From: Camelus ferus
Lineage: Eukaryota
DNA length: 64,000 bases
Assembly: GCF_009834535.1 (NCBI RefSeq)
Contig: NC_045697.1
Location: forward strand, 65,474,001-65,538,000
Direction of reading: 5' to 3'
Part shown: positions 51,955 to 64,000 of the stretch, in pieces
Layout of the letters: every line of letters begins with the position of its first letter
How positions within the stretch are numbered: position 1 is the stretch's first letter
Notes under the pieces: generated by a model
Told to the model about the DNA's origin: nothing
The model's database searches: none
What the model saw: only the letters and a program-made list of their open reading frames with translations
Translations under genes and position numbers: made by a program

Positions 51955-54660
51955 CTATATTTCTTTATCTCTATTTCTGTTGGTTTTCACTTTATTTGGG
52001 GGGCTCTGTTATTAGGTGCATACACACTTTTAATTATTATGTCTTCCTGATGGGTTGTTGAATAGTCACATTTAGGTTCATAATTTAGTATCTGATTTCT
52101 ATGTATTCTATTTTTTTCCCCCACTGTTCCTTCTTTTTTTGCCTTCCTTTGGATTAATTGAATGTTTTTAGTGTTTGATTTTATTTCCCTCTTTGCTTTT
52201 TAGTTGAATTTCTTTGTATTTTTCCTTGTCTGTGGTTACTCTAGAGATAGTAATGTGCATTCTTATCACATTTTATCTAGATTAATATTATACCATTTCA
52301 CATTAAAAAAGTAATAACTTACAACAATATAATTTGTTACATTATGTGTTATGTATTTATATTTTATGAACTCCAAAGGAAAATGTCATAGTGTTTTATT
52401 GAAATAATAAATTGACTTTTAAAAGTATGAAGGGAAAAAAGACAATTTCTGGTATTTAACCTCTTATCTACTATTTCTGGGGCTTTTTATTCCTTTCTAT
52501 GTATCTGAGCTTCTACCTGGTATCATTTACTTCCTGAAGAACTTTTAGAATGTCTTAAAGTGCAGTCCTGTAAGTGGCAATACTCTCAACTTTAGCTTAC
52601 CTTAAAATTTCTTTCTTTACCCTTATTTTTTGAACAATATTATTAGCATATAGCAAACTCTGAGTTGACAGGTTAATTTTTTTCTGAATACTTTTTGTCT
52701 TAGTGCTTTCAAATAGGGATATTGCTGATTTAGATTTATGTTTGACAAGAGCACTGAGAATCTCAGAACATAGTCACTTATAATCAAAATATATTTTTCT
52801 TCATACTTTTTTTATTGTCTAAGAAAAAAATTATAGGTGCAGTAGTATTATTCCTAATATCAAGGCTGGTGATTTTAAAGCAAGAGCAACCTTTTATTTT
52901 AAAAATCAAAATAAAGTTATTATTCAACAATTTTTCTAGTAGTAATAAATGTATTTTATTATTATTTCACAGTATAAGTGACACAAAGCATTATATTGAT
53001 TTCAGGTATAAAACATAATGATTTGGTACTTGTATATATTGCAAAATGATTACCACAGTAAGTCTAGTTAACATTCATCACCATATATAATTTTTTTTTA
53101 ATGACTTTAAAGATGCCATTCTATGTCTTTTGCCAAATATTGTTTCTGATGAGAAGTTAGCCATCATTTGTACCTTTGTTCTTTTTTTTTTTTAGCACAG
53201 GAGTGGCCATTTTTACGATTCTGTTTCCATTTTTGATGGTTTTGATATTTAACTATGATTTTCTTTGTATTTATCTTTGTTAAGGGTTCACTGAGCTTCT
53301 GGGATATGTTTCACTAGATTTAATAAATCTTGACAATTATTTCACAAATATTTTTTACTTTCTTCCTTCTCTTTCTCCTCTTTATTTGAGACTCAGAGAA
53401 CATTCAAGTTAGACCTTATTAATATTGTCTCTAGGTCATTGAGGCCTTATTTATTTTACTATAATGTTTTACCCTCTTACCTTTAGATTGGATCATTTAT
53501 CTCATCTGCTTTTAGGTTTCCTGATTCTTTCTTCATCATTTCAAATTTTCTGTTAAGTCCATTTAGTAACTTTTTTATTCTAGATAGCTTATTTTTCAGT
53601 TCTAGAATTTTAACTTTTTAAAAATAATTTTCATTTTTCTGCTGAGATTCCCCATCTTAGTCATTTTAACCATCTTTCCTGTTATGTCCTTGATCATATT
53701 TATCATAGCTGCCTTAAAGTCCTTGTCTGCTACAATTTCAACACCTCTGTCATCTCAGGGTAAGTTTATATTGACTGGTTTTTCTGTTAACCATAGTTCA
53801 CATTTTCCTCCTTCTTCATATTCCTGGTTCTTCACATTTGCTTGGAACTGAACACTGTGGTTGGTACATTGTTGAGACTTGAGATTATGTCTCTTAGGTT
53901 GTATACTCTAAAGAGGACTGACTTTTGTTCCAGCAGTTTGTTAAATTACTATCAGTTACCCTTGAATCTGTGGAGGTTTGGTTTTACAGACTGTTAAGGC
54001 AGGCCTTTTTGATTTTACTTTAATTCCTAGGACAAATCCCTTAGTGCTGGCAGTCTCTGTATTCCTAAACACAGCCTTATGGAGTTTTGTGGAAAGCCTA
54101 TGGTTATTACCAAGCCTTTCTGATAGGACTCAACATATTATTTCTATCTCCCTCACCATAGGTGGCAAGGGTCTTTTGTTCAGATCTTCTATCCTTTTGG
54201 ATGTTGCTTTCTGCTGTTTTTTTCTCGTAGGGTCATTCTTACTCACCTGCTGGCTACGAGTCAGCCAAGGATTTGAGGAAAGTTTATGTATACATTTGGG
54301 GGCTTGTTTCTCTGTGGCTCCCTACTTTCTGTGATTCGCCTTTTGATTTCTGGATACCCTGGCTGCCTCAAACACCAGTCTCTGACACATTAAGCTAATG
54401 AGACTCTGACTTTCTGCTTAAGCTCCAGCTACCCCTTGTTGCCTAAACTGAGGTGGGTCCTCAGTGAATAAGCCATATAAAAGTGGCTCTCACCCAGAGC
54501 AGTTACCATCTTTCAGGGCTTGAACACTTTCCAGTTTATGCCTGCTTTTGGTTGATAGGTAGTCTCTTTAATTTGTGTTTTTTAAAAATTAGATCCAGAA
54601 TTTACAGTCATCATTCTTTGTTAGGTTAATCCAACAAAAGATTATTTTATCATTGCCTGG
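51955..54660 (-). mobile_element. Ancient L1 (L1MC/MD/ME-like) 5' portion (5' UTR, ORF1, start of ORF2), fragmented
   Basis: gctctgttattaggtgcatacacacttttaattattatgtcttcctgatg (ORF2 start); ttgtttctgatgagaagttagccatcatt and gggttcactgagcttctgggat (ORF1); strongly T-rich on +. Confidence 0.65.
52950..53115 (-). mobile_element. L1MA9-like 3' end nested in the older L1
   Basis: ttcaggtataaaacataatgatttggtacttgtatatattgcaaaatgattaccacagtaagtctagttaacattcatcacc. Confidence 0.7.
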
Positions 54661-56639
54661 ACTGGAATTATTTCTGGAATGCTTAAAAGTATTCAAAAAA
54701 CTAAAAGATCTGTGTTGTTTCCAAGAGATGTAGAAAAGAAAAAAATTAAAGGTTTTGAAAGCAGTGATAGGAAAAACAATAAAGCTGTTTTTATATCCTT
54801 TAAAACTTTACTGACATCAGTTTATTTACTAACCCCATTACATATGGAATTTTGTGTGAAAAACATTAATATCATTATTTTAATAGGAAAGCAGGAATGA
54901 TCCATCCTCATCCCTTTTATTAAAATCACGACTATGTATCTTTTATTTCTTTATTATAAACCCACAACTGTTTTGGCTTTGTATTTCTGAGGGGTCTTGC
55001 CTGAACTGAACCCAAGTGAGCCTTCATATTAAAATAAAGTTCAAGAAAGAGAAGAAACATCGTATGTTTATTTTATAGAAATAGTAGATAAAATCCTTAA
55101 GAGTTATCATACTAACAAACTTCACTTGCTGAATGCAAGTGAAAAGTGAAAAGCATTGGAATTAGTCTAATGTTGGTGCTGATTTTAGTGTGGTTGTGCG
55201 CTTGCTCTAGTTAGTTAAATTTTTTGAGACTTTCTTTCTCACCTGTAAAATGAGGAGTACACGCATGTTAGTGGAAAGGTGACTTCCAACTATAATTTTT
55301 AAAACATTTTAAGAATTTATTATGTAAAAACCACACACAAGCAATAGTATGTTGTTCTTCATAAACACGCTATTTATTGCAACTAGATTTTTATTTTGTT
55401 CAAGATATTTAGCCATTCTGACTGGGCTTTAAGAAATACTTATTAAGCAAGTAAAGGAGGAGAAGGCTACCTAAGAGTTTGTTGGAGCAGGCAGAGAGCT
55501 AAGAAGAAAACTGAGAAGATGTGGCATCAGGAAAGTCGAAGGAAAATAACATTTTAAGAAGGAAAGGGCAGTCGGCATTACAGAATGACTGCAAAGATGC
55601 TGAGGGTACCTAATACTCTCCTTAACTGTATTCTGATTATTTATTACCCATAGAAACGTCTGCTTTAATTTTCAGCAACTTAAAATGTCAATGAAAGTAT
55701 ATAAATAGTAATCCAGTAAAATATCAGAAAGCAATTTAGGTTGCCTAACAAGATTCATCTTATTAAAAGTTTTATCACGCTTGTTTATTCCTGTAAAGCA
55801 AAATAGCACTATTGAAATGGCGTAATAATGTTATGACAGAGCTCCAGAAAAGTAAGCTTATTACTGTTATCTATTTTTCACTAGTGTAGACATTTTTCAT
55901 GATTCTAAGAATATTTTAAATAACAGTAAATATTGCCATCGAATAGCCCTGTGCGTGACAATAAGGCTTCTAAAATTAACAAGATTGTCTGCCTTCCTAA
56001 GAGGAAATCAAAATTAAAAGTGTTTTTGTCATGGTGATTCTGGAAAACACATTAAAAACAAGTCAAGGAGGGAACGTGGAAAGTTTCTTATTTCTTATGA
56101 TTGTTCAGCTGTGATTTTTGAGGTTGGCACTGAGGCTTCAGAGTTGGTTTGATCTCATGTTAAAGGGTCTTCCCACTAAAACTACATGTTAGGGTTCAGT
56201 ATATACATGATTCTTAGACAAGGAAATACAGACAGAGAGGGCAAGTAATCGCCTACATGTATATATTGAGTCTATTTAAAAACTAACAGTGTAGCAAAGT
56301 CTCCTCCATTCCCACTACTTTTATAACTTTCTGCAATTAATATGCTCTTAAAATTTATGAGCACACAGATCTGGCCAAAAGATGTTTCAGTGTGAAATAG
56401 ACAAATGAGAGAGATGTTCTGCTCGGTGCAGGAGAAATTGTTACGGGTGAGTTAATGTGGCTGATAAATTATTTTCCCCTGGTTCAAAAGGGAAAAGCAG
56501 AAGTGAAAGGACCACAGAGAACTTTATACCATAGAAGGAACAAGTATATCAAGTTTAGATAGAAGTACAAAAAGTTAAGAAAACAGTGAAAGAGGAATAT
56601 GAATTAGCTGTGTGTTCTATTATTTTATTCCTTCTTTAG

Positions 56640-58325
56640 GTACCGTTCTCCAAAGTCAGGAGCCTTTGAAGTGGGATAGTCATACCTCAGAGGTACTAGA
56701 GGACTTTCTAAGGGGCAAACTGATACAGGTAGCTTGACAGAAATAAATTTCCTTATTCTCAGTTCCTATAAGTAATCCTTCCTAAAATGACCCGCCTGAA
56801 AACATGACCCTGGTATTTCTTATTTACCTCATCCCTTATACAGTCATCCTTCCCTTACTTCATAAAATAAAGAGCACCTCTTTCATACAGGCAAAATCAT
56901 TATGACATGTAGCTCTGGGTGTAAATATTCTCTGAAGCACAAACTAAGGGACAGTGGAAATACTGGTGTTTTATAAGTTTATACAATTCTTTTATAAGTC
57001 AGATGGTTTCATGTAGAAAAAATAAAAAGTGAAAGTAAAAGAAAGAAAAAGAACTTAAGCTGTCAAATGCTAGACCGTTACAGAGTTCTTCTGATGCTAG
57101 ATCACAGTAATTTTCTACGTATAGAATAGAACTGAGTGACATTGCTAAATAAACAAACAAAACTTCCTCTCTTTTTATCTGTTCATTCATATGAGCAAGG
57201 TTTCTATAAAAATGAAAAAAACGTAGAAATCTAACCCTGGTGCTAACTCCTATTTCGTTTAAATTATAAACTCATAGAATATGTGAATTAATTAAAAAAT
57301 AAAAGTTCCACTCATATCATAAAAAGCTTCATTTCTAATAAAGTTTTACTTTTATGGCTAATGAAGTACCACATTATGTATTAATATAATGATGTCAATC
57401 CAAAAGAAATGTTTTATACCATCAAATTTATGGTCACAGGTTATTCAGTAGAGATTTTAATTTTAACAGAGATATTTTTGACACAAAAATATAATTTGAT
57501 AAACAGGAAAAGACTTTAAGCATGCATTTGTATTATATTTGGATAAAAATTTTGTAAGGGTGAAGTGGAATATAAATATAGCTCAAAGACAAAACAAAAA
57601 GGATGTAAATGTTCCACATATTAGAGAAAAGTGGGGGTTCAAGTCACTATAATATTTAGATTCCAGTGGGTACATTTTAAAGGATGACTTTATTTTAAAT
57701 TGTCAGTGCTTACAACACAACACACATAAGTCAGTGTCCAGTCAGGAAAACAGAAACCACTCCTGAAATTTCAAAGAAGAGAGATTTAGTACAGGGATTG
57801 ATGACAAAGGTATTGGAGGGAATGAAAGAGCAAAGGAGGAGGCGTGAAACGCAGATACCAGGAGCTGCTAGTGCTCCAGCTGACTATGTTTCTGCCAAGG
57901 AGCTGCCCCTCCACCAGGGCTGGATTTGCCAAAAGGATGCTGCCTCTGCCCAGCTGCTGGAGTTGGGAATCACCTCCTGACACTGCTGCTGCGGCCACTG
58001 AAATAACCAAGCAGAAGGTTCTTCTCTTTCTTCTGCATTCAGAGATCCTCAGCAGCTTCCCTCTGGTGGAAATTAAGAGGAGGCCAGGTAGCCAAGGAGC
58101 CTGGGAAGTATGGCTTGCGGAGTCACGTCACTGTGAGGCTGACAGTACAAAGCAGAGTAAAAGTGGTAATTGGGGGGTTGAGAAACAATAGGCAATGACC
58201 AGTACTGCCTAGGAATTGCATCCTTTCTGATTATATAAATGAATGTAAATTTAACATGTCAGTTACAAGTATGAAGAGATAACATAGTTTAAAAATTCCT
58301 TTGGGGGTTATATGAAGGAAAAGAT
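56640..58325 (+). mobile_element. hAT-Charlie DNA transposon fossil interrupted by an LTR
   Basis: 57129-57205 translates to ELSDIA...KLPLFLSVHSYEQGF, resembling the hAT dimerisation motif (LLPF.TTYLCEQGFS); ends approximate. Confidence 0.5.
57725..58205 (-). mobile_element. Old ERVL-class solo LTR (LTR33-like)
   Basis: agtcagtgtccagtcaggaaaacagaaaccact ... gatttagtacagggattg; GC-rich block inside an AT-rich host element. Confidence 0.6.
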
Positions 58326-58879
58326 TTGCTATGTCCTCACTGTAAATAATATCAAGTGCTACATTATATGGCCAGAGATTCACCCCCAGGAAAACAGATG
58401 TAACAGTGGAGTAAAACCAGAACCCAGGAAATGGAACAGAAGGAAGAACAAGCAGACTAAATTATAGCTCTGTAGTTTCACAAGGGTAAAGATCCTTTTC
58501 AAAGGTAGCTATGTCATAATATGATATTGATGATTAGATACTATTTAGTGATTATAATGCCAATAACATCATTGCCTGAAGAACAAAGAGTCTCCAGGAC
58601 TAAACAGAAGAAACTTGCCTGCCTTAAGCTACACAGGTTTCCTCATTTTTAACAATTGACACAGTTCAGCAGTTCGTTGGTGCTGAAAGGTAAATATATT
58701 TCCATTATAGATATTTTAATTCAACACATTCACCATAGAAAATATATATTTACCTCAGGGTTTTGTAAATATTTTAAAACAAGTATCAGTTAACAAACAT
58801 TAATGCTATGTTCAAGGCATATGGAGCAATGCCACTTTGAGTGAGGTGAGGGTGCCTCTAGCAAACACGGTTCATCGAT

Positions 58880-59720
58880 GGTTTCTAGGTGGTAGATATG
58901 CACTACGTTAGGCACTGGAGACACAAAGATAAACAAGACTTGGTTCTTGCCCTTGAGGAGCTCTTAGCTTAATAGGAAACACAGACCTTGAACAAGTAAT
59001 TACAGTACAATGTAGTAAGTGTGTTGTTAAAGGCACGCACGGAACACTGTGGGGATAGCGAAGGGTAAACTCCCTAAAGAAGGAGATGTGTTTATGGATG
59101 ACAGGACATCAGTAGTAATTACCTAGGTAAAGTGGTACTGACCAAAAGCAAGGAGTGTCTTCTGATAAACAGAAGAGCATAAGCAAAAGGAGAAACATGG
59201 AAAATAGTATGGAAAGCAGGCCAAGATTGTGGGAGGCCCTTGTTGCTCTCCAAAGCAAGAAGTGATGAGAATCTGTCCTCAGACACTAACAATGTGGGTG
59301 GGGTGAAAAATATGGAAGTAGAGGCAAAAAGAAGGTAGGATCAACAGAATTTATTCACTTAGGTGAAGGGAAGGAAGGAGTCAAAGATAATTCCTAGGTT
59401 CATAGTATGAATAAATAAGACAATGGTGTGTAATTCATTGGGAAAGAGATTGATTTTAAAAAGATTTGGAGAGGAAAGCTGTGAAGTCAGTTTAGAATAG
59501 GGTGAGAAGTGAGCTGGATGTGTCTGTGGGATATTCACAGTCGGAAGGACTATCAGATATCCACTAGGCTGGCTGTCTGGAAGTTGTTGGTGACCTAAGC
59601 CCAATGTGTTTTGGTAGCACGATGGGAGAAGAAGGTTGACTGCAAAAGATTATGGAAAAACTTGGAGGTAAAAAGGTGAAACCAACACGCAAGGAGTATA
59701 TTACTCTTTCAGAAAGTTTA
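58880..59720 (-). mobile_element. LINE-2 fragment (continues beyond the L1 insertion at about 61000)
   Basis: taggcactggagacacaaagataaacaagacttggttcttgcccttgaggagct ... gaaggaaggagtcaaagataattcctaggtt. Confidence 0.75.
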
Positions 59721-59774
59721 GATGGGAAAGAGTGGGACAAAAGTTGGTGGAGTTTTTGTTGTCTTGTTTGTTTG

Positions 59775-60978
59775 TTTTTTACAATTTTTATTGAGTTATA
59801 GTCATTTTACAATGTTGTGTCAAATTCCAGTGTAGAGCACAATTTTTCAGTTATACATCAACATACATACATTCATTGTCACATTTTGTTTTTCGCTGTG
59901 AGCTACCACAAGATCTTGTATATATTTCCCTATGTTATACAGTATAATCTTGTTTATCTATTCTGCATATGCCTGTCAGTATCTACAAATTTTGAAATCC
60001 CAGTCTGTCCCTTCCCACCCCCCACCCCCTTTGCAACCACAAGTTTGTATTCTGTGTCTATGAGTCTGTTTCTGTTTTGTATTTATGTTCATTTTTTTTT
60101 TTAGATTCCACATATAAGCAATCTCATATGGTATTTTTCTTTCTCTTTCTAGCTTACTTCGCTTAGAATGACATTCTCCAGGTCCATGCATGTTGCTGCA
60201 AATGGTGTTATGTTGTTTTTTATGGCTGAATAGTATTTCATTGTATAAATACACCACCTCTTCTTTATCCAGTCATCTGTTAATGGAAATTTAGGCTGTT
60301 TCCATGTTTTGGCTATTGTAAATAGTGCTGCTATGAACCTTGGGGTGCAGGTGTCTTTTTGAAGTAGGGTTCCTTCTGGATATATGCTCAGGAGGGGATT
60401 ACTGGGTCATGTGGTAAGTCTATTCCTAGTCTTTTGAGGAATCTCCATACTGTTTTCCACAGTGGCTGCACCAAACTGCATTCCCACCAGCAGTGTAGGA
60501 GGGTTCCCCTTTCTCCACAGCCTCTCCAGCATTTGTCATTTGTGGATTTTTGAATGACCGCCATTCTGACTGGTGTGAGGTGATACCTCATTATAGTTTT
60601 GATTTGCATTTCTCTGATAATTAGTGATATTCAGCATTTTTTCATGTGCCTATTGACCTATCGTATGTCTTCCTTGGAGAATTGTTTGTTTAGGTCTTCT
60701 GCCCATTTTTGGATTGGGTTGTTTGTTTTTTTCTTATTATGTCATATGAGATACTTATATATTCTGGAGATCAAGCTTTTGTTGGTTTCATCATTTGCAA
60801 AAATTTTCTCCCATTCTGTAGGTTGTCTTTTTGTTTTACTTACGGTTTCCTTTGCTGTGCAAAAGCTTCTAAGTTTAATTAGGTCCCATTTGTTTATTCT
60901 TTCTTTTATTTCTATTGCTTGGGTAGACTGCCCTAGGAGAACGTTTTTGAAATGTATGTGAGATAATGTTTTGCCTAT
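59775..60978 (-). mobile_element. Relatively young 5'-truncated LINE-1, same lineage as 12732-14078
   Basis: ORF 60388..60609(-) [44 protein letters not shown]; colinear with the 12.7-13.9 kb copy; probable TSD GTCTTGTTTGTTT 59761-59773 / GCCTTGTTTGTTT 60980-60992. Confidence 0.95.
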
Positions 60979-61252
60979 AGCCTTGTTTGTTTTTAGATTA
61001 AGAGAAACCTGAGTATAATTATAGGCTGAGGAAGAAAAATAAAGAAAGAGAATTTAATATAAGAAAGAGAAGTTAGTATGTGAGGGATGAAGATCCCAGA
61101 GCAGACAGAATAAAACTTAGATTGAGAACTGATTTTGATAGGACAGAGATATGTCTTTGATACTGAAGAAATGCTGTGAGAGTATGTCTGGTGATACTTA
61201 AATCTGTAGGCAAGAGGTGGGGAAGTTGAGAAAGATCGTATCTTCCCCACAG

Positions 61253-61480
61253 GAAGTGTGAACCTTGGTACAGACTATAGGTTTTAGTTAATAATAATGT
61301 TTCAATATTGGCTCATCAGTTGTTATAAATGTACCACACCAATGCAAGATGATAATAATGAGGAAGACTGTGCTGGGGGTGGAGCCAGACAGGCCAGAGA
61401 AAGGTATATGGCAACTATTTGTACTGTATGCTCGATTTTCCTGCAAATCTAAAACTGCTTCAAAAAATATTTTTTATAAA
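61253..61480 (+). mobile_element. L1MC1/2-like 3' end
   Basis: tttagttaataataatgtttcaatattggctcatcagttgttataaatgtaccacaccaatgcaagatg ... aaatctaaaactgct. Confidence 0.8.
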
Positions 61481-62619
61481 TGTCCCGAGATGATGATTAT
61501 AAGGGGCATCTATGCTGATACTGAAATCTATTAGGAGGTTGGTTGATTTGAGGGTAAAGAGGAATGTTTAGCCAGGTCTCCAAGTGCACAAGAAGAAAAT
61601 ACTGTGAAGTCTGCCTGGTGGAAGTGACAGGACAGATCCCCCTCAGAAAGCACACATGTAACTGGCAAAACAAAACAAAAGGAAAGTAGCTAGAGTCTCC
61701 CCAATAAAGAACAGAAATCAGATTCCTGAGTCTCTGAAAAAACAGGCAAAATTTCATGGCCTCTAGTAAATGATGAAAGTAATGGAAGTGAATTCTCTCT
61801 AGGAACTCAAAATAAGGATGTATTTCCACTCAAGTCATCCTCAAGCTCTCAGTCCTTTTCGGTGCTTCCTATGTTCATCCTTACCCCTGCTCTCTCCTAC
61901 CCTGCGCAGGGTAATGCGCTGTTGCTGTAGCGGGTCATGGCACTTGGCTGCCAGAGTTCACTTCAGTACTTTACTAGCTAACACTGTCGACAGAGCCTTC
62001 ACTGATTCTCCAGTGTCCTTTAATTTCTTAGCTATTGATTTCTTAGTTTAATCTCCACAATGGCTGCTTCAAATATTTTCCATACTTTTCAAGTCTCTAT
62101 TCCTAGTCCCACTCTCCATCATTGACACCTTTCTCATTTTCAGTTGTTAAAACTTGTGGTTTACTGCAAAGACTATGAGAATCTAAGGTGAATCCCTTGG
62201 TTTTTTGACTCTTCAACCTCAAAATCCTTCCACTTATTCTCTCATCCTTAGTGGCAACGCAAAGGCTTTGGATTGAAACGGACATTGGCTGTGGATACTG
62301 GGAACACAGTTACCAGCCATGTGAGCCTCTGAGAGTTTAACTTCTTGGAGTTGCAGCCTCCACCTCTGTGGAATTAAGTTATTGTGAAGATTAATCGAGA
62401 AAATGAATTCAGGCGTGTGTTGCAGGGAAGGCAGGTGGGCTTCATCTTATCTGCTGACTGACAGATTGGTAAAATCCTCCTCAGGCTCCACGTTAAAAAA
62501 GATATAGTAAGTTTAACACATATTTTAAAGGTAGACTGGCAGGATTTGCTGATTAGATGGGGAAGAGCAAAGAGAAAGAGCAAAGCCAATGATATCTTCT
62601 CACCCAAAGGCTTTCTATT

Positions 62620-63290
62620 TTCTCTTTTCAGCCACAGCAGCAGAAAAAGACTTTGTTCCCATTTTTCCTTAGGTCTACTCACTACCTTACTTCTAGCCCT
62701 GGTCATCTCTCCCCTGGATTGCAACTAAAGAGTTTCCATTTTTCTCTCTTTCCACTCTTAACTGCCTTCAGTCTATTTTTAACACAGCAGCCAGAGCGAT
62801 CTAGTCACTCCTCTGCTAAAAACCACTGGTTAGCTTTTCTGTCCTACTCAGAGTAAAAACCATCCTTAAAACGATCGGCATCCTTTGGCCTCCTAACTCC
62901 CCCTGTGACCTCGTCTGTCTCTCCCGCACTCACCATGCTCCAAGCCCGCAGACCTCCTTGCTCTCCCTCAGGCTTGCTGAAATTGGCTTTTTTACTTCCA
63001 GTCTCATCTTCTTAGATTGCTGTCCCCCAGATATCGCTCCCTCCACCTCATTTTTCCACAGTGTCTGCTGATAAGTTATCAGAGAGGCCTATTCACAACT
63101 CCTCCCCTCAGCACTGCCTTGTCCTGTTCTGTTGTTCTTTGTAACACATGTCACCATCTTACTATGTACCTTCTTGTTTATCTGTCTTCTGCTGAAATCT
63201 AAGCTTAATTGAGGCAAAAATTTTATCCATTTGGTTTACCACTGAAACTTTAAGTATCAAGAAAATACATGTACATAAAAGAATGACTAG
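62620..63290 (+). mobile_element. LINE-2 3' fragment
   Basis: ttcagtctatttttaacacagcagccagagcgatct ... actcagagtaaaaacca ... atcagagaggcct. Confidence 0.75.
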
Positions 63291-63634
63291 CAGTCAAATG
63301 ATCTTTTAAGATATACATTAGATAATAACATTTCTCTATTTAAAATCCTCCAAATGACATCTCATTGTTTAATAAAATCAGCCAATCTACGAAGGCCTGC
63401 TAAGTTTGGCCCCATCTAAAAGAAGTTCTATCCTTATTATAAGGCTAAACTTTGGGGCTTTGCTCCCATCTTTTTAAGCTTCTAATTCATTGATTATATA
63501 GCTTGTTATATTTGGTCACAGCCACTCACTACAGTTGAATTGAGAGTGGATCATTTACTGACATAGGGAAAACTAAGGAAGGAAATATTTGGGTGGAGAG
63601 TGAGGAGTGTGGAATCAAAACTAACATTGTAGAA

Positions 63635-63880
63635 ATGAGTAATAATAGTAGCTAACATTTTAAAATAGCCAGGTGCTGTTCTAAAGCTTTACTGGTACTG
63701 ATTCCTGAAATCATAACAATTCTGTGAAATAGATATAACTATTATCCCCATTCCATAGATAAGAAAACCCAGGAACAGAGACTCTGAGCAGCTTGTTCAA
63801 GGTCACATGGTTAATAAGTGGGAGAACTAAGATATGAGCTTAAGTTGTTTGACTTCAGAGCCCATCCCCTTAACAACTGT
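63635..63880 (-). mobile_element. MIR SINE
   Basis: aataatagtagctaacattt ... attatccccattccatagataagaaaa ... cttgttcaaggtcacatgg. Confidence 0.8.
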
Positions 63881-64000
63881 GGATTCAACCCCTGGGAGTT
63901 ATCCAAACAGAAAATGAAATTAGTACTTGATACGAGTCTAGAGTTCCCATACGGGCTCTAGGATGGACAGATATATCTGAGGCCAGTCAGCATAGAGTAA

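Noticed and set aside
57786..58191. Cluster of overlapping ORFs in a GC-rich block
   Set aside because: They fall within an LTR fossil, and higher GC reduces stop frequency; no protein similarity recognised.

Overview
AT-rich mammalian genomic DNA lying entirely inside the very large gene GRID2 (glutamate receptor delta-2, GluD2), on the + strand. Only two coding exons are present: 25510-25611 (102 nt) and 51275-51472 (198 nt). Both are phase 0/0 with canonical AG/GT ends and match human exons 9 and 10 from recalled gene structure (end of ATD, ATD-LBD linker and start of S1). The rest is intron, densely filled with transposon fossils: L2, MIR, L1M, MaLR/ERVL/ERV1 solo LTRs and hAT/TcMar DNA elements, several nested with readable target-site duplications (TSDs). 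There are also three cetartiodactyl-type L1 3' ends. I saw no Alu, B1/B2, Bov-A/BovB, PRE-1 or Can-SINE, which tentatively suggests a camelid. Apart from the exon-containing ORFs and L1 ORF2 remnants, the ORF track is noise. I found no convincing novel multi-gene system. The best leads are a candidate poison microexon, a pair of same-orientation young L1s bracketing the two in-frame exons, nested insertions and a few structured or palindromic elements. Repeat family names come from recalled consensus motifs rather than a database search, and boundaries of old repeats are approximate.
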